The position numbers were made by a program, and so were the translations under genes. A DNA stretch of 64,000 nt from NCBI RefSeq assembly GCF_006345805.1, contig NC_043009.1, positions 36,580,001-36,644,000 on the forward strand, read 5' to 3'. The first letter of the stretch is position 1, and the number at the start of each line of letters is the position of its first letter. Below are positions 1-14,800 of the stretch, one piece after another. The notes beneath the pieces were generated by a model. That model did not search any database. It saw only the letters and a program-made list of their open reading frames with translations, and was not told the DNA's origin. Source of the DNA: Octopus sinensis. Lineage: Eukaryota.

Positions 1-45
1 GCATGGCCGCAGTCAAATGACTGAAACAAGTAAAAGAGTAAAGAG
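1..45 (+). mobile_element. 3' tail of SINE family B, cut by the window edge
   Basis: gcatggccgcagtcaaatgactgaaacaagtaaaagagt, the same tail as copies at 19320, 36965 and 51690. Confidence 0.8.
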
Positions 46-1346
46 TATATAGGATTATTTTGAGTCAAAGACAGCTCCTAATAATCCATTAGGGGAAGCA
101 TTTACAATGTTTTCATAGGAAGTAAAAGATTTCTTGTTGCTTTTCCTAACTTTAAATTTATCATTGGACAGTATCAGAATTTCTATTATCATTATATAAG
201 AATACATATATAATGTTGATTTACTTAATTTGTTAATTATATAGTTCTCCTTTGGTTATTGTAATGAGCTATGCAACTTACTGATATGATAACTCTTTAC
301 AGACATCTCAGTGAATTGGATAGCAAGAGACTGGCAGTGTAACTGTTGGGTTATATATTGTCACTGGTACTGTGGACATCTGGCTCTCAGTAGCTGAGTA
401 TTTCTGTTTTTTGTATAGCCAGAGGTCAACTCTCTTCAAGCATATCTATGATTATAAAGCATTCCAGCTGTGACTATCCCATTTTTTTTTCTCCAGGCAC
501 TGTGTGTCTAGCATCACATTATCTAATGCATATCTCCTTTTGTAAGACAACAGGGTGTGAATCAAGGAAGATTGTGGCTATCTGTAGTTGATTGTGTGGT
601 CACAAACAGATTCCTTTTTCATCTTAGCAAGTTCTAAATTTGTTAAACAAACAATCCAAGTGGAAAGTGATTGTGGATGAGGAATATTCTAAGACACAGC
701 TCTTCTATCTTTCCTTCCTCTACTTTCAAATTTCCACCTGGTAATAAACCATGCAGTTTATCATTTAGTTAAGCTGTGGGTTCTATTCAAGTAATGTGTT
801 GAAGACAATTCTTTAGATTTAAATAGTTTTGTAACTGCACTCAACTATTTTGCTTGATTTTGTTGGTGATAGTTCAAAAATTTTAAGCAATATGTTTGTG
901 AAGTCTGTTCCAAAGTTGGGAAGACAATTGTTTTGGTGCCAGTAGAACAGAGAAGCCAGTCACCTTCATCTTAGTGGGAGTGGGGCAACAGGAAAGTGTT
1001 CTTTTTTTTTTTTTGCTCAATTCAATAATAAAACATAATTTTGCCTAATATTATGAAATATAGTATGTGGGGTAAGTTGCTTTAATGCAGGCGTATCCAA
1101 ACCATTCCTCTGGAGGCTCCAGGTTTATACCATAATTTCACAAATGGCTTTCAACCTGGATTATTGGATTGTTTTGTAATTGACTGATTGCTTTTAAGAA
1201 AAGCATTTGGCTGTAGAAGTTTATGAATGTCTAAGTTATCTAAAAATTTTAGCAACACATTGCCAGAATGTGCCTCTTGTAAATATATTTTATATAAACC
1301 TGTTCCTATGTTAACCATCATAAGCACAAATTCACACTCAAACATT

Positions 1347-1410
<64 letters not shown>

Positions 1411-1640
1411 GCGGCGAGCTGGTAGAACCGTTAGCAACCCGGGCGAAATGCGTAGCAGTATTTCGTCTGCCGTTACGGTCTGAGTTCAAATTCCGCCGAG
1501 GTCGGCTTTGCCTTTCATCCTTTTGTGGTCGACAAATTAAGTACCAGCTACGCACTGAGGTCGATGTAATCGACTTAATTCGTTTGTCTGTCCTTGTTTG
1601 CCCCCTCTATGTTTAGCCCCTTGTGGGTAATAAAGAAACA
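1411..1640 (+). mobile_element. tRNA-derived SINE family A, full length
   Basis: Head gcggcgagctggtagaa (A-box-like), gagttcaaattcc (B box), tail aataaagaaa; many homologues in the window. Confidence 0.85.
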
Positions 1641-2289
1641 TATATATACACACACTATTCACTCAGATGCTATAATTATATGAAAGTGAAACTGAACATA
1701 ATTCACCCCTTTCCCCCACCACCTTTTTGCACTCCTGCTTATTCTCCTTGGAGTCACTTTGTTTTTTGCATTCTGAATAAAATCCTATACCATCTTATTT
1801 TCTGCTGAATGCCCCTTTTACCTCCATTCTTCCCCTGTATACTTTCTCTTTCTGCCAATGGCAGCCTTCACTACTTATGTTTATCTCTTACTCATATCTC
1901 CCCATATGCTTCTGATCTTGTCCCTGGCAATGTGCATTTCTTGCACATCACCCACACTTCCCACCACCTGTGCCATCACCTGTCACTTCCTTTTTCAATC
2001 TTATTTTCTCCACATTTCCTCTTGAAACTGATATTCACCATTGACCTCACCACTGTCCCTATCTTGATCTAGCAGCTGCTATCTTTTGACACGCTTGCAA
2101 TCTTGCCTGCCTACTCACCCAGTCTAATCCTCTGAACCACTTTTGCTCACTTTCCTGTGACTGAGGCTACTCTCTGAAACCTCTTCACCCTCTTCTTTCC
2201 TTTACCAGCAGGTTAGCCGTATACCTCTTCTTCTGAGACACCTGTTTCTGTCTCTGTATTTTACTTCTACTGCTCACTACTTGGCATGT

Positions 2290-2520
2290 AGCCACCCCAA
2301 TCAATACTACACCCACTTCAGTTGAGGTTTCTTGTCTTGCAAGTTACCTGGTGACTTCACCAGTGCCATGTAAAAGACATCCATTACACTGTAAAGTGGT
2401 TGGCATTGGGAAGGGCATCCAGCTGCAGACATTGGAGCTTGGCACAGTTTTATGGCTCATTGGTTCCTATCAATCCATCCAGTCCATGCCAGCATGTGAA
2501 ACATGAGTGATGATTGTGCA
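2290..2520 (+). mobile_element. Degenerate RTE-tail short element
   Basis: gtggttggcattgggaagggcatccagctg ... ccatgccagcatg ... gatgat. Confidence 0.65.
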
Positions 2521-2617
2521 TGTGTGTGTGTATTTAACGACTCTTACACAATTAAAAAAATATTGCTGTTGCAATCTTAATTTTTTTTTCATGGAATTTC
2601 AATTTGTTTTTTCATAG

Positions 2618-2811
2618 AAACTGATGATGACGACGATGATGTTACGAAAGGTGTTTGTGACAAAGTCAGCCTTTTAGAAGATGACTCTTCTGATCAAGGA
2701 GATGGTGATGATTGTCCAATTTGTTTAAATCGGTTAAAATATCAAGATATTGGAACTCCAGAATCTTGCGATCACAGTTTTTGTTTAGATTGTATTCAAC
2801 TTTGGGCCAGG
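2618..2811 (+). CDS. PHRF1: PHRF1 exon: acidic tract and first part of RING
   Basis: ttcatag|AAACT ... GCCAGG|gtgagt. Confidence 0.92.
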
Positions 2812-5800
2812 GTGAGTTACTGGACAGCTTTATTTGATCCTCTCCAAATTCTGAATTTCTATCCGCTGTAATAGTGCTTTCTTCTTGTCTTTAGTCTATA
2901 AAAGAATATTTTCTTGAATAAATGTGTTGAAGAACAGTGGATCTTTTTTAAGAAAATTGTTTCATAAATTGGTTTCTCTTTTCAGTTAAAACTGTTTTGC
3001 ATCATTGAAATATGGTGCAAACATTTTTGTAAGAAAGGAATGTAACAGAATATGACCTGTTACTATGGATATAATCTGTAATATTCTGTTGTTGTACATA
3101 GGTGGGTGTTAAATATGGAATGAAATTGAATACGTAATTGAATGTTTCAACATAGCAAAACATTGTTATAAAAGTTATAAATAAAACATTTATAGAATAT
3201 GTAATTTCCATGAGTGTCGCTTATTATAACCATATTGTGAAGTTTCAAAGTAGAAGAAACTCTGTTATTTAAATCAATATGTAGAAGAGGTGTTTTCACT
3301 GATTTGGACATGTGTAAATACATGATACTGGGTGAGGTAAGTGTTGTGTGTTTACTTGGAACTTCACTTGAAATAAGTATATATACATATATATATGCCC
3401 GTGCCTGACTGGCACCCATGCTGGTGGTACATAAAAAATACCATTCAAGCGTTGCTGATGCCAGTGCCACCTGACTGGCTCCCATGCTGGTGCCACCATT
3501 TGAGCGTGGCTGATACCAGTGCTTCTTGACTGGCACCCATGCCGGTAGCATGTAAAAAGCACCATTTGAGCATGATTAATACCAGTACTGCCTGACTGGC
3601 ATCCGTTCCGGTGGCGTATAAGAAGCACCGTTTGAGCATGGTCGATGCCAGTGCCGGTGGTGCATAAAAAGCATCCACTACACCCTTGGAGTGGTTGGTG
3701 CTAGGAAGGGCATCCATCTGTAGAAACCTTGCCAAATCAGATTGGAACCCGGTACAGCCTCCTGGCTTGCCAGTCCTCAGTCAAACTGTCCAACCTATGC
3801 CAACATGGAAAGTGGACGTTAAATGATAATGATGATATGTAAGGGGTGGGATAACTTGGTTCATCCATTGATGAACTGATGTGAATTACATGTCTTGGTG
3901 AACATTAGCACCTTGAATATGCATTATGACCCTGGGATCCCATTGTCCTGGGATTCTGACTGGTCGAGTAGTGTACTCCAACCCATACCAGCATGGAACA
4001 CATTAAATGATGATCACATAGACACAAATATAGTTGTACTACTTGGATACTTCTATTTCTATTTGGCATTTCTTCACTGTTTTTATATATATCCTGTCAT
4101 TTAAGTGTATGTGAGTGTGAATTAATATAATAGCAGACAACCATCTGAGAGAACTACTATTCATTACCAGTATTCTGTTGCACTCCTTGGTCAACAAACA
4201 TTAACTTTAAAATAATTGCCAAGTAGTTCATTTAGCTGTAGTTGTCCATGCTGAAAGTTAAGAACTAATCACTGTAAGTAGTGATATCACTATAAATTTG
4301 ATGGCTTTGGTAGTTTGTACTACTGAGTTTGGATTCCTTTTGTGACTATTTCTTGGAGGCACTGTTTTTGCCAAGTTCAGCTGCTGTAGCTGCACTACAT
4401 AAAGAAGTTACGCTTCACAGTGACACCTTCATAACTCGATGGATTATGGGAGTCATCACTTTATCTTTGATAGTAACATTTAAATGCTATGTTTAACATT
4501 TCCTGCTTCACTGTTCAAAGTATGTCTCTGGTAAGACAACAACAAAGCCTTGGGATTGGTTTTAGAAGTTGAATAATTGAAGATTATAATACAAAGTGTT
4601 CTTAATTGTAAGCTTGGCTCCTTCATTAACACCAATCTTTGAGATTATGTTTTCTTAATGATTAATGTTGATGATAATTATATACAGTAATATATTCTAT
4701 TAATCTGGTCAATGGCATTATCATGTGTAACCTATTGTATTTTAACTTCTTTCTGTATTACATGTATATCTCATGAGAATGTTACACTTTTAGAATGAGC
4801 AGTTTAAGACAACTATAGCTTTTGTTACAATTAATAATGTGCTAAAATTAAATATATACTTCTTCAAAAAGAATAATAGGTTGTTTACTATTACTACTAC
4901 AACTGTGACAACTAAAGGCAATATATCATCCTACCCGCCAATCATATTTGTATACTTGTCCACTGTCCAGTTATCAGCTTTACTAAATAAATTTCATTGC
5001 TTTTGTGATAAAATATTGTTTCCAAGTTGAACTACATCTTCACATATTTGCATGTTATAAATTGTGTATAATTTTTAAAAATAGATAAGACAAAAAAAAT
5101 TCATGCTGTATTTTTTAAGGTTTAAATAATTTTTTTTTACAAAATATGTTGCGTAAAATCTTTAATCTATTGCATTAACAAGAATTTTAAAGAACATTTT
5201 TGTGCCTTAATGATACCAATTTTTGTTTTTCTTTAGAATGTCAATACTTGTCCTGTAGACCGACGAGAATTTGAATTAATCTTGGCTAGACATGCTGGTG
5301 AAGATGAGATTTTTAAAAAGGTGTGTTACATTTTTTTTTTTTTTGAGAACAGTAAATATTGCATTCATTCTATATTTTATAGCCAATAACTATGTATTTT
5401 AGAATTAGTTTTGAATTAACACAATTCTCAGGTTTCTTTTTGATTTGCTTTACTAATTAATACTGAGTTAGAGATTTAAATTTCTCAGTTTTATGATTAT
5501 GGTGCCAATAAAAATTCTAGACTGTTTAAATGTATTTGTATTTTACAGTTTGGCTTAGTTCTTCTCTAAATTAAGGCTCATTGACAAGCACACTTGTCAA
5601 TGAACCTTAATTCAGACTGATATTTTGTATATTAGGATATAGTAAAGGTTGTTCTTGATATACTTTATTTCCTGAAGGTTCTTATTTGTTAACAGTATTA
5701 GAAGGTTCTTGCAAATTTGGAAAATGGCATGCTGTACGAATTATTTTTATGCTAGTAACTGCTCTTTTTTTGCAAATAACTTGAATTTAATGTAAGGGTG

Positions 5801-8800
5801 GAACCTGTTATATAAAAATAAGGGTATTAAGGATGTGTTTAGAATTATGTTGTGGTTTATCTCTTGATTTATTATCAGTAACTCAGCTAATTTCAAAACT
5901 GAATTTTAGATTTTAATTTTCACATGTGAAGGTCAACTATAAATACTTGTAGGAAACCTGTGGTTCAGTTTACATGGTTTCACATCCTGAAGTGCATGGA
6001 AGACGCTATGATGCCTACTTTTTTATGCATGATCAATGCACTTGATACATTATATGACTCTCCCTTCTCTCTTCTCACCTAGAAATGGCTTGTTCCTCAA
6101 TTTAAATAATTGTGGTATCGTAACCAATAAATGTTATTGAAAACTTGATTGTAATCTTCATAAAGTATTATCAGACTGCGATTAATATATTTAATCAATA
6201 TTTTTGTTCAAATTTCTTGTCTATTTAGATTCCTGTGGCTGAAAAGAGTTTTGAGGCTGAAGAAGATGCAGGTGAAGCGGAAAATGATTTGACTTACTGT
6301 GAAGTTTGTGGCCAAAGTAACCGAGAAGATAGGCTTTTACTGTGTGATGGGTGTGATCTAGGGTATGTTAATTATCAGTATTGTGTGATGGTGTGGATTA
6401 TATTACCATTATATAGTTATTGTTAACACTGATGGGTGTGTTTTAGGGTATGTTAATTATTGTTATATACAGGTAGGTTGCTAATATTATATGATGAGTG
6501 TGATAATCTTAATTTCAACATTTCATAAATTTTTATTTATATTGAAATGGTAGATTGGTAGTATTGCTTGAACATCAAATAAAATACCTTGTGGTGTTTG
6601 GTTATGTCCAGTGGTGAGCTAGTCTCTGCATTCACACAAATCAATAATTAACATCTTTTTAAAAGTGAGAACCAGTTGTTAACTTATTGCTGGGAGGTGA
6701 AATGAGACTTACTCAGGAAAGTTAGGGTGTTAATCACACTACAAAATCTAGTCTATTTGCTGTACAAAATTGTCCATTTTAAAATCAAACTTGGAAGGTT
6801 TATAAGCATTATTTACTGTGATGAAACTAAATGTACAAGTGTGTGTATGTGTATTTGGATACTTGTATGATTTGTTTGTGTGTGTGTTAGTGTGTTCCCA
6901 CCTCACCTATTGTTTTTCCTGTATTTGTACTCATCCCCACAATATTTGAACATGTTATGTATGAGGGGCATATCAAAACTTTATCAATCTTCCAAACATT
7001 GGTATTTCTTTTCCCCAACACTGACCATCACAATTTTCATTGGACTTGGGATTTTACCATTATTTTATTGTTGAAGGAGAGATAAATTGCCAAATTCTTC
7101 AAAAATCTTTTATTCTGAATCCTTGGTTAACAGTTTTGTAACTCAGTGCAGCTGAATGAACTGGTTGTTGAAACTTTAGCTGCTCACCACTGGTTATGCC
7201 TGTATGTTGAGAGGTCAACTGTGCTATTTCTCTTTTTGGGGTTGATAAAATGTCTGACTGAAATAAACAGTTGACTAACTGAAAGCCATGAAGAGGGCAG
7301 CAATCCAATAGCTGGAAAAGAGCAGGGTGGGGATTTTTTTTAGTATTTCATATAAGAATTTAGTTAGTAGCTAACACTTTTGAAAACAGCTTTTTTATCA
7401 ATTGAAATTTTCAACTTTGAAAAATTATTTGCAAAAATTCTTTTTACTTTAAATGAAAAGCTTGTTTTTAAATTTGTTCTTTGAAAATCTTGAACAGATT
7501 TCACTGTGAGTGCTTGGACCCACCTCTTGATAGTGTTCCAGTTGAAGAGTGGTTCTGTCCAGATTGTGCTGAAGCTAACGATTCACATCGTAAGTAATAG
7601 AAATGGATGAGAAACTTTATGGAAATTACAGTAAAATAGAGGAACATTGTTTTGTCCTGATAAACTAGAATATTGTGTGTGTCATCTTTCAGTTGCTGTT
7701 GTTTTTGTTGTTTTAATATCAGTAGTGTGGATTTATACAAACACACATGCACTGAAACAAGAGAAACCTGTAGTAGTTTATTTGTTTGGTTAAAACTGAT
7801 TACTCCTTGTCAGTATGATGTTGCACAAAATGTGGATGCTTTTTGGTGGGTAGAAAGCTACAATCTGCTGGATATGCAATATTAGTCTGCAAGACCTGCT
7901 ACAAGTGAGGTGAGAAGGCATTAATGAGGCAGTATTGTTGTAGAAAATAATGTAGAGTTGGTGCATATTGACCGTGTAAGAGATTAAGGACTTAGCAATG
8001 TGATACAAGATTATAAAATAGTTTTACAGTACAGTATATTACCATATATAGTCTTATTAGCCTATTTCACCTAAAGTAAAGGGCTCAGGAGCAGTTCTCT
8101 TAACTGCTTGTGGCTGGAAATCTTGAAGGTGAAGCTAAGCATGCGTGAAGACACATGCCATCCAATAAACTGAAATACAAACTGCAAAATTCTGCTCAAA
8201 TTTTTTACCACCATCATATCCACATACTAGTGAAGGAATTTCTATACAATCTGTTGTTATGAGAAATAGCAGCTAAATTCCTACAAAAAATCACAACTAT
8301 CTTTAAAAAAGGACTCCTTGGGCAGTGTAGTCCTAGATGTACAAAAAGTGATGGTTTTGATCATAGTTTTACTCAGAGTTGATATAGGGTTAAATACCAT
8401 CACTAAGCATCTTCATATCCATAACCCGCCTCTTTACTATCCTCAGTTTTTTCTGTCCTAATTTATTTAGAGAGGGTTACAAGAAATGAACAAACACAAT
8501 TAGTAGTGATTTTATTAAACATAAGGATGAAACTATCATAATACAGTTGTTGATGTTTATTTATTGACTCTGCATAAATTTCTTTTGTTTAGGTTGTGTA
8601 TTGAATGATTTTGAATATGAACCACAATATTTATTAGAAGAAAACTCCCCCTCAGAAGCTCTTCCTTATCTACGTCCAAGACGAAGACAAATCGCTCGCA
8701 CAAGGATCAGTGAAAGAGTTCGCGCTCGCATTCAGGAATACCGTGAAGGCTTAGCACGTCTTGTATGTGATGATAAAGATTCTGGAGCCTTTGAGGTATG

Positions 8801-11800
8801 GCCAATTTTTCTGATTTGTTTCTGGTCTGCAGTTATCATTCCTGCACCTTTTATCCTATTGTCTATGTTGCTTAGCTTTTCTACTTTGGGAAAGCCATGC
8901 TTCATTGCAGATTTTATTGCACTACCAGGATTAAATTTCAAAATACAAAAAAATTTAAAAAATGACTTGGAAAATTAATTAATTAACCATTTTTTGGTGT
9001 ATTCACATTTATAAAGAAGGTATCAGCTTATTTTTCTTTATTATTATAATGATAACAGAAAGAAATGGTTTTAGGATTTGGAGACAAATAACAAAGCAAG
9101 ACTGCAAATATCTCAAAAACTACATTGTATTAAATTAGACACTATTTTGATGATATTAAAGTATTTTATTTTAAGATAAAGAATTAGTGACAGCATTAGC
9201 AGCAGTAGAACTTTGTTTCCTTATTGGTGTAAGTTTGAAGATGTCTTGTTAGAACTGGTGTTTATATTGTCTTTTTCAATTGCGAATTAATCATAAAGTA
9301 ACTGCCATTTAATTTGTAGCTGTAAGTCATGTACAGTACTAAAAGACAGATCAGAGTATCTGTTATATGAATTATGCTGTGCTAATAAAAGAGGTTATAC
9401 TATAAAATTTCATTTCAGAACTCTGGTATCTCTTGACTGGTTTTTGAGTTGTTAGTTGATGGCAGTAGTTTAACTAATGCATACATTGTTAATTGAATGC
9501 TTTAAAGAATATTCCAGTTATAAATATTGGCTGATGTTGTACAAACGAATTTTTTTTTATGTCTTTCAGAGAGGGAGTACATCTACAGAATTAAGTCGAA
9601 CACGAAGCCAGACTCGGCAGTCAGAGGCAAGCAAAAAACAATCAACAAGAAGGAAATCCAAAAGATTGGCATCTGGTAAAAAAAAAGTCCTCTCCAGGAG
9701 AAAACAGCAACGGCGTGCCAAGACCTTAAAAAAGGTTTTTGTTTTATCTATGTCTAATATATAATTGATATTTGAAGTGAAGATTGCCATTGTTAGTCAT
9801 TAAAGTGCAGGCTTAACTGATGATCTGTAGTTGATTTTTAGACACATATAGCCAATTGACTCCAGAGTACTACTGCTACCTAATCAGTATTTGGTCTATA
9901 TAGCTATCTAATTAAGAAGGTTGCTTTTCATGCATGTGGATTCAGGTTTGATCCTACTACAAGACCTCAGATAAGTGTCTTCTATTCTAGCTTTGGAAAA
10001 GTGGATGTAAAAATGATATATATGCGAGAGAGAGAGAGAGAGAGACAGTGTGTGTGCATCTGTTGTAAACTGGTGTGATGAGCTGAAGAGGTTGGTGTTA
10101 GGAAGGACATCCAGCTGTAGAAACCATGATAAATAGCCATTTAGAGCTTGGTGCAGCCATCTGGTTTATCAGTTCATGTTGAACCATCGAACATGTCAGC
10201 TTGATGATTGAAAAAAATTATTTTTAATTTGTAGGGAGTGGGGTCAGGTATATTGAGATGGATGTATAAAACTATTTTATTTAAATGTAATGATCCTTTT
10301 CCTTTTTGTTTTTTCTTTTTTTATCTTCCCTTCCACTAGAATCAAATACTAGACAGACTCTGCAATACAACTAAGAGCCCTAAATCCCGTCTTGCTGGTA
10401 AACTTGGATTAACCAAGTCAAGGAAATCTGAGCGAACAACAGCTGAACAAGTAGCCAAAGAAAACTTGTATGGAATAAAACCTTTGTCAATTATGGGACA
10501 CAAGCATGAATTGGATCAATTTGATGAGTAAGGAATAAATTTATCCCTGCTTTGTTCTTTTATAAACATAGCTTAGAATTTCTTGATAGTAATGGATTAT
10601 TTTTTCAGTCATAGAAACTGTCCTTTGTCAGTTTAATTTTTGTGACTTTTATTATTTTGTTGAGCTGGGTATTGATATTGTAAATCTGTATTGATGGCAG
10701 TAGCATCACTAATGGTGATTGTTCTCTGAAGTATCCACAAGATTCCGCATTACATTTTTTAAAATTCTGAACTAAGAATTAGATTTATCTATCCCTGAAC
10801 CTCATTGGGACATTGTTGCTTCAGTGAAATTCATTATATTGCAAGAAAAATATTGCTGAGTTACAGATGGTAATGTTAAAATTTCTTTGTCAATGAACTG
10901 TCTGGTAGCTTTGTGCTTTGAAAGATGTGTAGAACGATAACTTCCTTACTTCAAATGAAGTAATGGTTAGTAAAAGAAGACCATTTGGCTGTAAAACAGT
11001 GTCTCACTAATATGTATTCATGTAACCCATACTTGCTTGGCAAACTGAACATAAAATGAACTAACAAAGTTTACAACTTTCTGTAATTTCTTTTATAAAC
11101 ACATTACTCTGTGTTTTATAGAGATGATTCCTTTGGTCGATCAAGTGAACCACAAGCAAGTACTTCAATGTTATCTGCAGCAGCCTCAAAAAGATCTTCA
11201 AAATATTCAGCCTCTGCATTACTCTCCCGACAACCGGTTGCTCGCCCGTTGTTATGCAAGTAAGAACGTTACCAAATATTTATGTAACTCTCTATTAGCT
11301 GTTCTCTTTGTGTTGAGTTTATGTAATATATATGTAATTGTGTTTGCATAAAGTATATATAATGTGTTTCCTGCAACTGTAGTGTGTTTGGCCAGTGAAA
11401 CACACTGCTCTTTGAATTGAATTCTCTCAAACAACTTGCACTGAGAACATTTTAACACACATGCACATGCTACACGTTTCAAACGAATCAAACTTGTAAC
11501 ACTTCTTCCTATCTCCTATACATGCACAGTCACAGTAAAACAGTAACTTGGTTTTACTGTTTGACCATTGATAACTTTTGCAATTTAATCATGACTCATT
11601 GCAGATTTTTGTTCTGTTTTCTTCCATATCATGTAGTGTTTCTCTTAAATGCTGAAATAAGTTTCTTTTCTCTATTTTTATAATAGGTTGCCAGATGATA
11701 AAGCCAACAGTAGTCTTTTCTCTTGTCAGAGTAGCAGCTCTGGTGCCAGTAACAGCAGCAGTGGTGTTGGTGGGGCTGGACTTGATTTGTTAGGAACTAT

Positions 11801-14800
11801 TATGATGGAACAAAGTATTCTTCATATGAAAAGTAAAGACATCAAAATAAACCGAGATGGTATGTGAGACTTCTAAAATTAACCCTTGACTCCTTTTATG
11901 TCTTCTCAGATCGTACACTCTGCCCTTTATAAATTATTCTAAATTAAATGAATCAAAACTAGGCATTTTCCTCTGTAAATATACATCTAACAACCCAGTG
12001 CTACTATCTCGACCCTATAATTAAATACTGATCAAGCATAATTTACTGACTTCATTCACGTGTTAATTATTAGTTGAATCAGTAAAGGTTTCTAAGGATT
12101 AATTGTACTGTCACATAGTTGTTGATGGCCTCCAGCCCTGACTTGCACCCTTAAGAGATCATTTCAGTTTTAAATTCCATTACCTTTCTGCACATGGATA
12201 CCAAAGAAGACTCTAAAATCATGAAGTATGTTTGACTTTGGTGACAGCCTATAGTTAAGACACCTTTATAAAATTTAGTCCTTAGTGCTGTTAAGAATAT
12301 ACACACACACACACAGTTATTTTTTCCATTCACAATATTGATATTGAATAGATCCTATAGCAAATTGGGTGGGTGGTTGATGCAACTAATGTAAATATTT
12401 TCTACATACAAAGCTTTTTAAACTAAGCACTGTATGATAATACTTGTTAATTTCACAGCACTTCTGTTGGCTGAACTACTGTTATGATACCTATTTATAG
12501 TTCAGTGGACTTAGCCAGTGGTAGATTTTTGTATATACTTAATATATAACTGAGTGCTGTTTAAAATCATGGGAGGTGTTTATATTTTAATGTATATTGC
12601 ATACTCAATTACAGTAAGCTTTATGTTTATTACTAAGAGCTTTTTGTAGTTAATTTCACTTGAACATAGTGTAGACATAAATATCACTGTTTATATTTTC
12701 ATTATGATTCATGATTGTTTGATAAAACTTTCATTCTTGTTTATACCAATCTTCAATTTTATGTACTGTAACTTATGATACCAAATCAAACAAGGAATCG
12801 ATTATTGGCCTGTATCATACACTATCATAATGGAAGAAAAGACCTTTGCTTAATTGTTCTCCTATCACTGATCATTTATAAATAATTCCTTGAATAGTAA
12901 AAAATATTGTTATTCAAATCTTAGGTATCAAGGTCATTACATTAGTGACAAAGATACAAACCCTTCAGCAAGGAGGCCTGCATCGTGTTAACTTATTGGC
13001 TAAAACTTTGTTTCCTTGTAACTTATCAAAATAATTCATATTTTTGCACATGCAAAAGAATCAACCAAATTATTTGCTATTTTAATTTTTTGTTTAGGAG
13101 CTGATTTTCTGGGATGTCCTTTCTATCTCTATACTATCTTTTCATTGGTTTAATCTCTGACCCTAAATGTAGATGTAAATATTGAAATATCTCTTGAGAT
13201 AGGGCTAATGGTGTGAAAAAGGTCTATCTGTGATTATTTACTTTCATGTTTAAAATTTTGTTGAACAAGAATTCTTTTTAAATGATGCACTCTTCTTTTT
13301 TAGGTTCATTGACTGCCAAGAAGCCAGTTCCTGTCAGTGTAGAAGAATGCCAAAGCAAACCTTCACAGTTGCATTTTGATTACTCAACATCTAAAGAAGA
13401 TGAAAATTCCAAAATCCAGGTGGATAATGATTCTGAAAAGAATCTAGAATCTCCTGAGGAGGAAAATTCTACCACTTCTGTTGCAAGTCCTCAGAGTAAA
13501 AATGATCATGAACTTGAAAAGATTCATAACAGTTCTAGTGAATCAAAAGAGGAAAGATCTCCTGTAGCATCTGGTGAGAGTGAACCAGAGGCAAAGGTAT
13601 CCGAACCAGAAGAAGAAGAAGAAGTAGAGACGGAATGTTCCGAAACTGTTGATGAAAATCTTGCTTGTGTAAATGAGGAAGAGGAAGCGGAAGAAGAGGA
13701 GGGTGAAAAAGAAGAGGAGGAAGATGAAAGGGAGGAGGACATGGGTGAGGAGGAAGAATGTAAAGGAAATGTCAGCGATGACACTAAAATTAATAACAAT
13801 AACAACAACAAAAGTGTTGGAGATGAAAGTCAGGAAGAAACAGAAGACAGTTCACAGGATGGTGTGTTAGATGCAGCAACGGTGAGTAATAACTCGGATG
13901 GTGAGGATATCAAGAGTGCTTCACCAGATACAGAAATGAACAGCCAACTATACAAGAGTGATGACAGCTGTGCTGCGGAGAACAATAAGGAAATTACTGA
14001 ACCAGAAATGGAAAATACGTATGATCCAATACTAGAAGAGAAAACTATTTCCGAGGTGGATTCTGTTGGCTTCAGTCCTGAACTTGATCTGGAACAACAG
14101 AGTGAAGCTGAGGATACAGCTCCTATTAAGGAAGGAGAGTCAAGTTGTGAAGATGCTTCTTCTGTGAATGTTGACAGTGAGAGAAATAAAGTAGAATCTG
14201 AAAGTATTGGTGAACAGCAAGAGGACAGTGATGAAGATGAGGGCTGTCCTGATGAGGTGGACAAATCAGACAAGGAAGAAGACGCGAAACAAACTGGTGA
14301 AACTTCAGATATTGAAGACAATATTAAATCAGCTGAGGAAGATGTTGATGAGGAAGTGCCTGAGGAAGAGTGTAAATTTGATACAGAAGATGACAATGCT
14401 CAGAAGGAGAGCACTGTTGATGAATTAGAGTCATCAGTTGATTTTGACAAAGCTGATAGTCATAAGGACCTTGCTGCCGACGATCAACCTTCAAAAGAAA
14501 TGTCTCCGCTAGACAACTTTGAGAAATCTGAATCTGTGAGGGATGAGGAATCTGATGAAAATGTCGACTCTGGAGTTGCAGGAGAGAATTTAGTATCTGA
14601 TGAACCAACTTCTAAGAAGTTTGAGATTATTGAAGAAATGTCAGACCATTTTGATGATGCAACATCTACAAATATGACTGATTTAGAAAAAGTTTATCAA
14701 GAAAGTTCTGAAAACTATGAAGAAACCAATGAAATGGTAGAGAAAGAAGCATCTGGCAGTGAGAGTGAGGCCAGTTCTGTTGCAGAGGGTGAGAGAGAAG

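Noticed and set aside
1411-1500. tRNA genes at SINE heads
   Set aside because: A and B boxes are present, but there is no complete cloverleaf and each head continues into a multi-copy SINE body.
1-2617. PHRF1 start codon or promoter
   Set aside because: The first detected exon starts with a split codon after an acceptor, and the upstream sequence looks like repeat-derived intron. No 5' exon could be supported.
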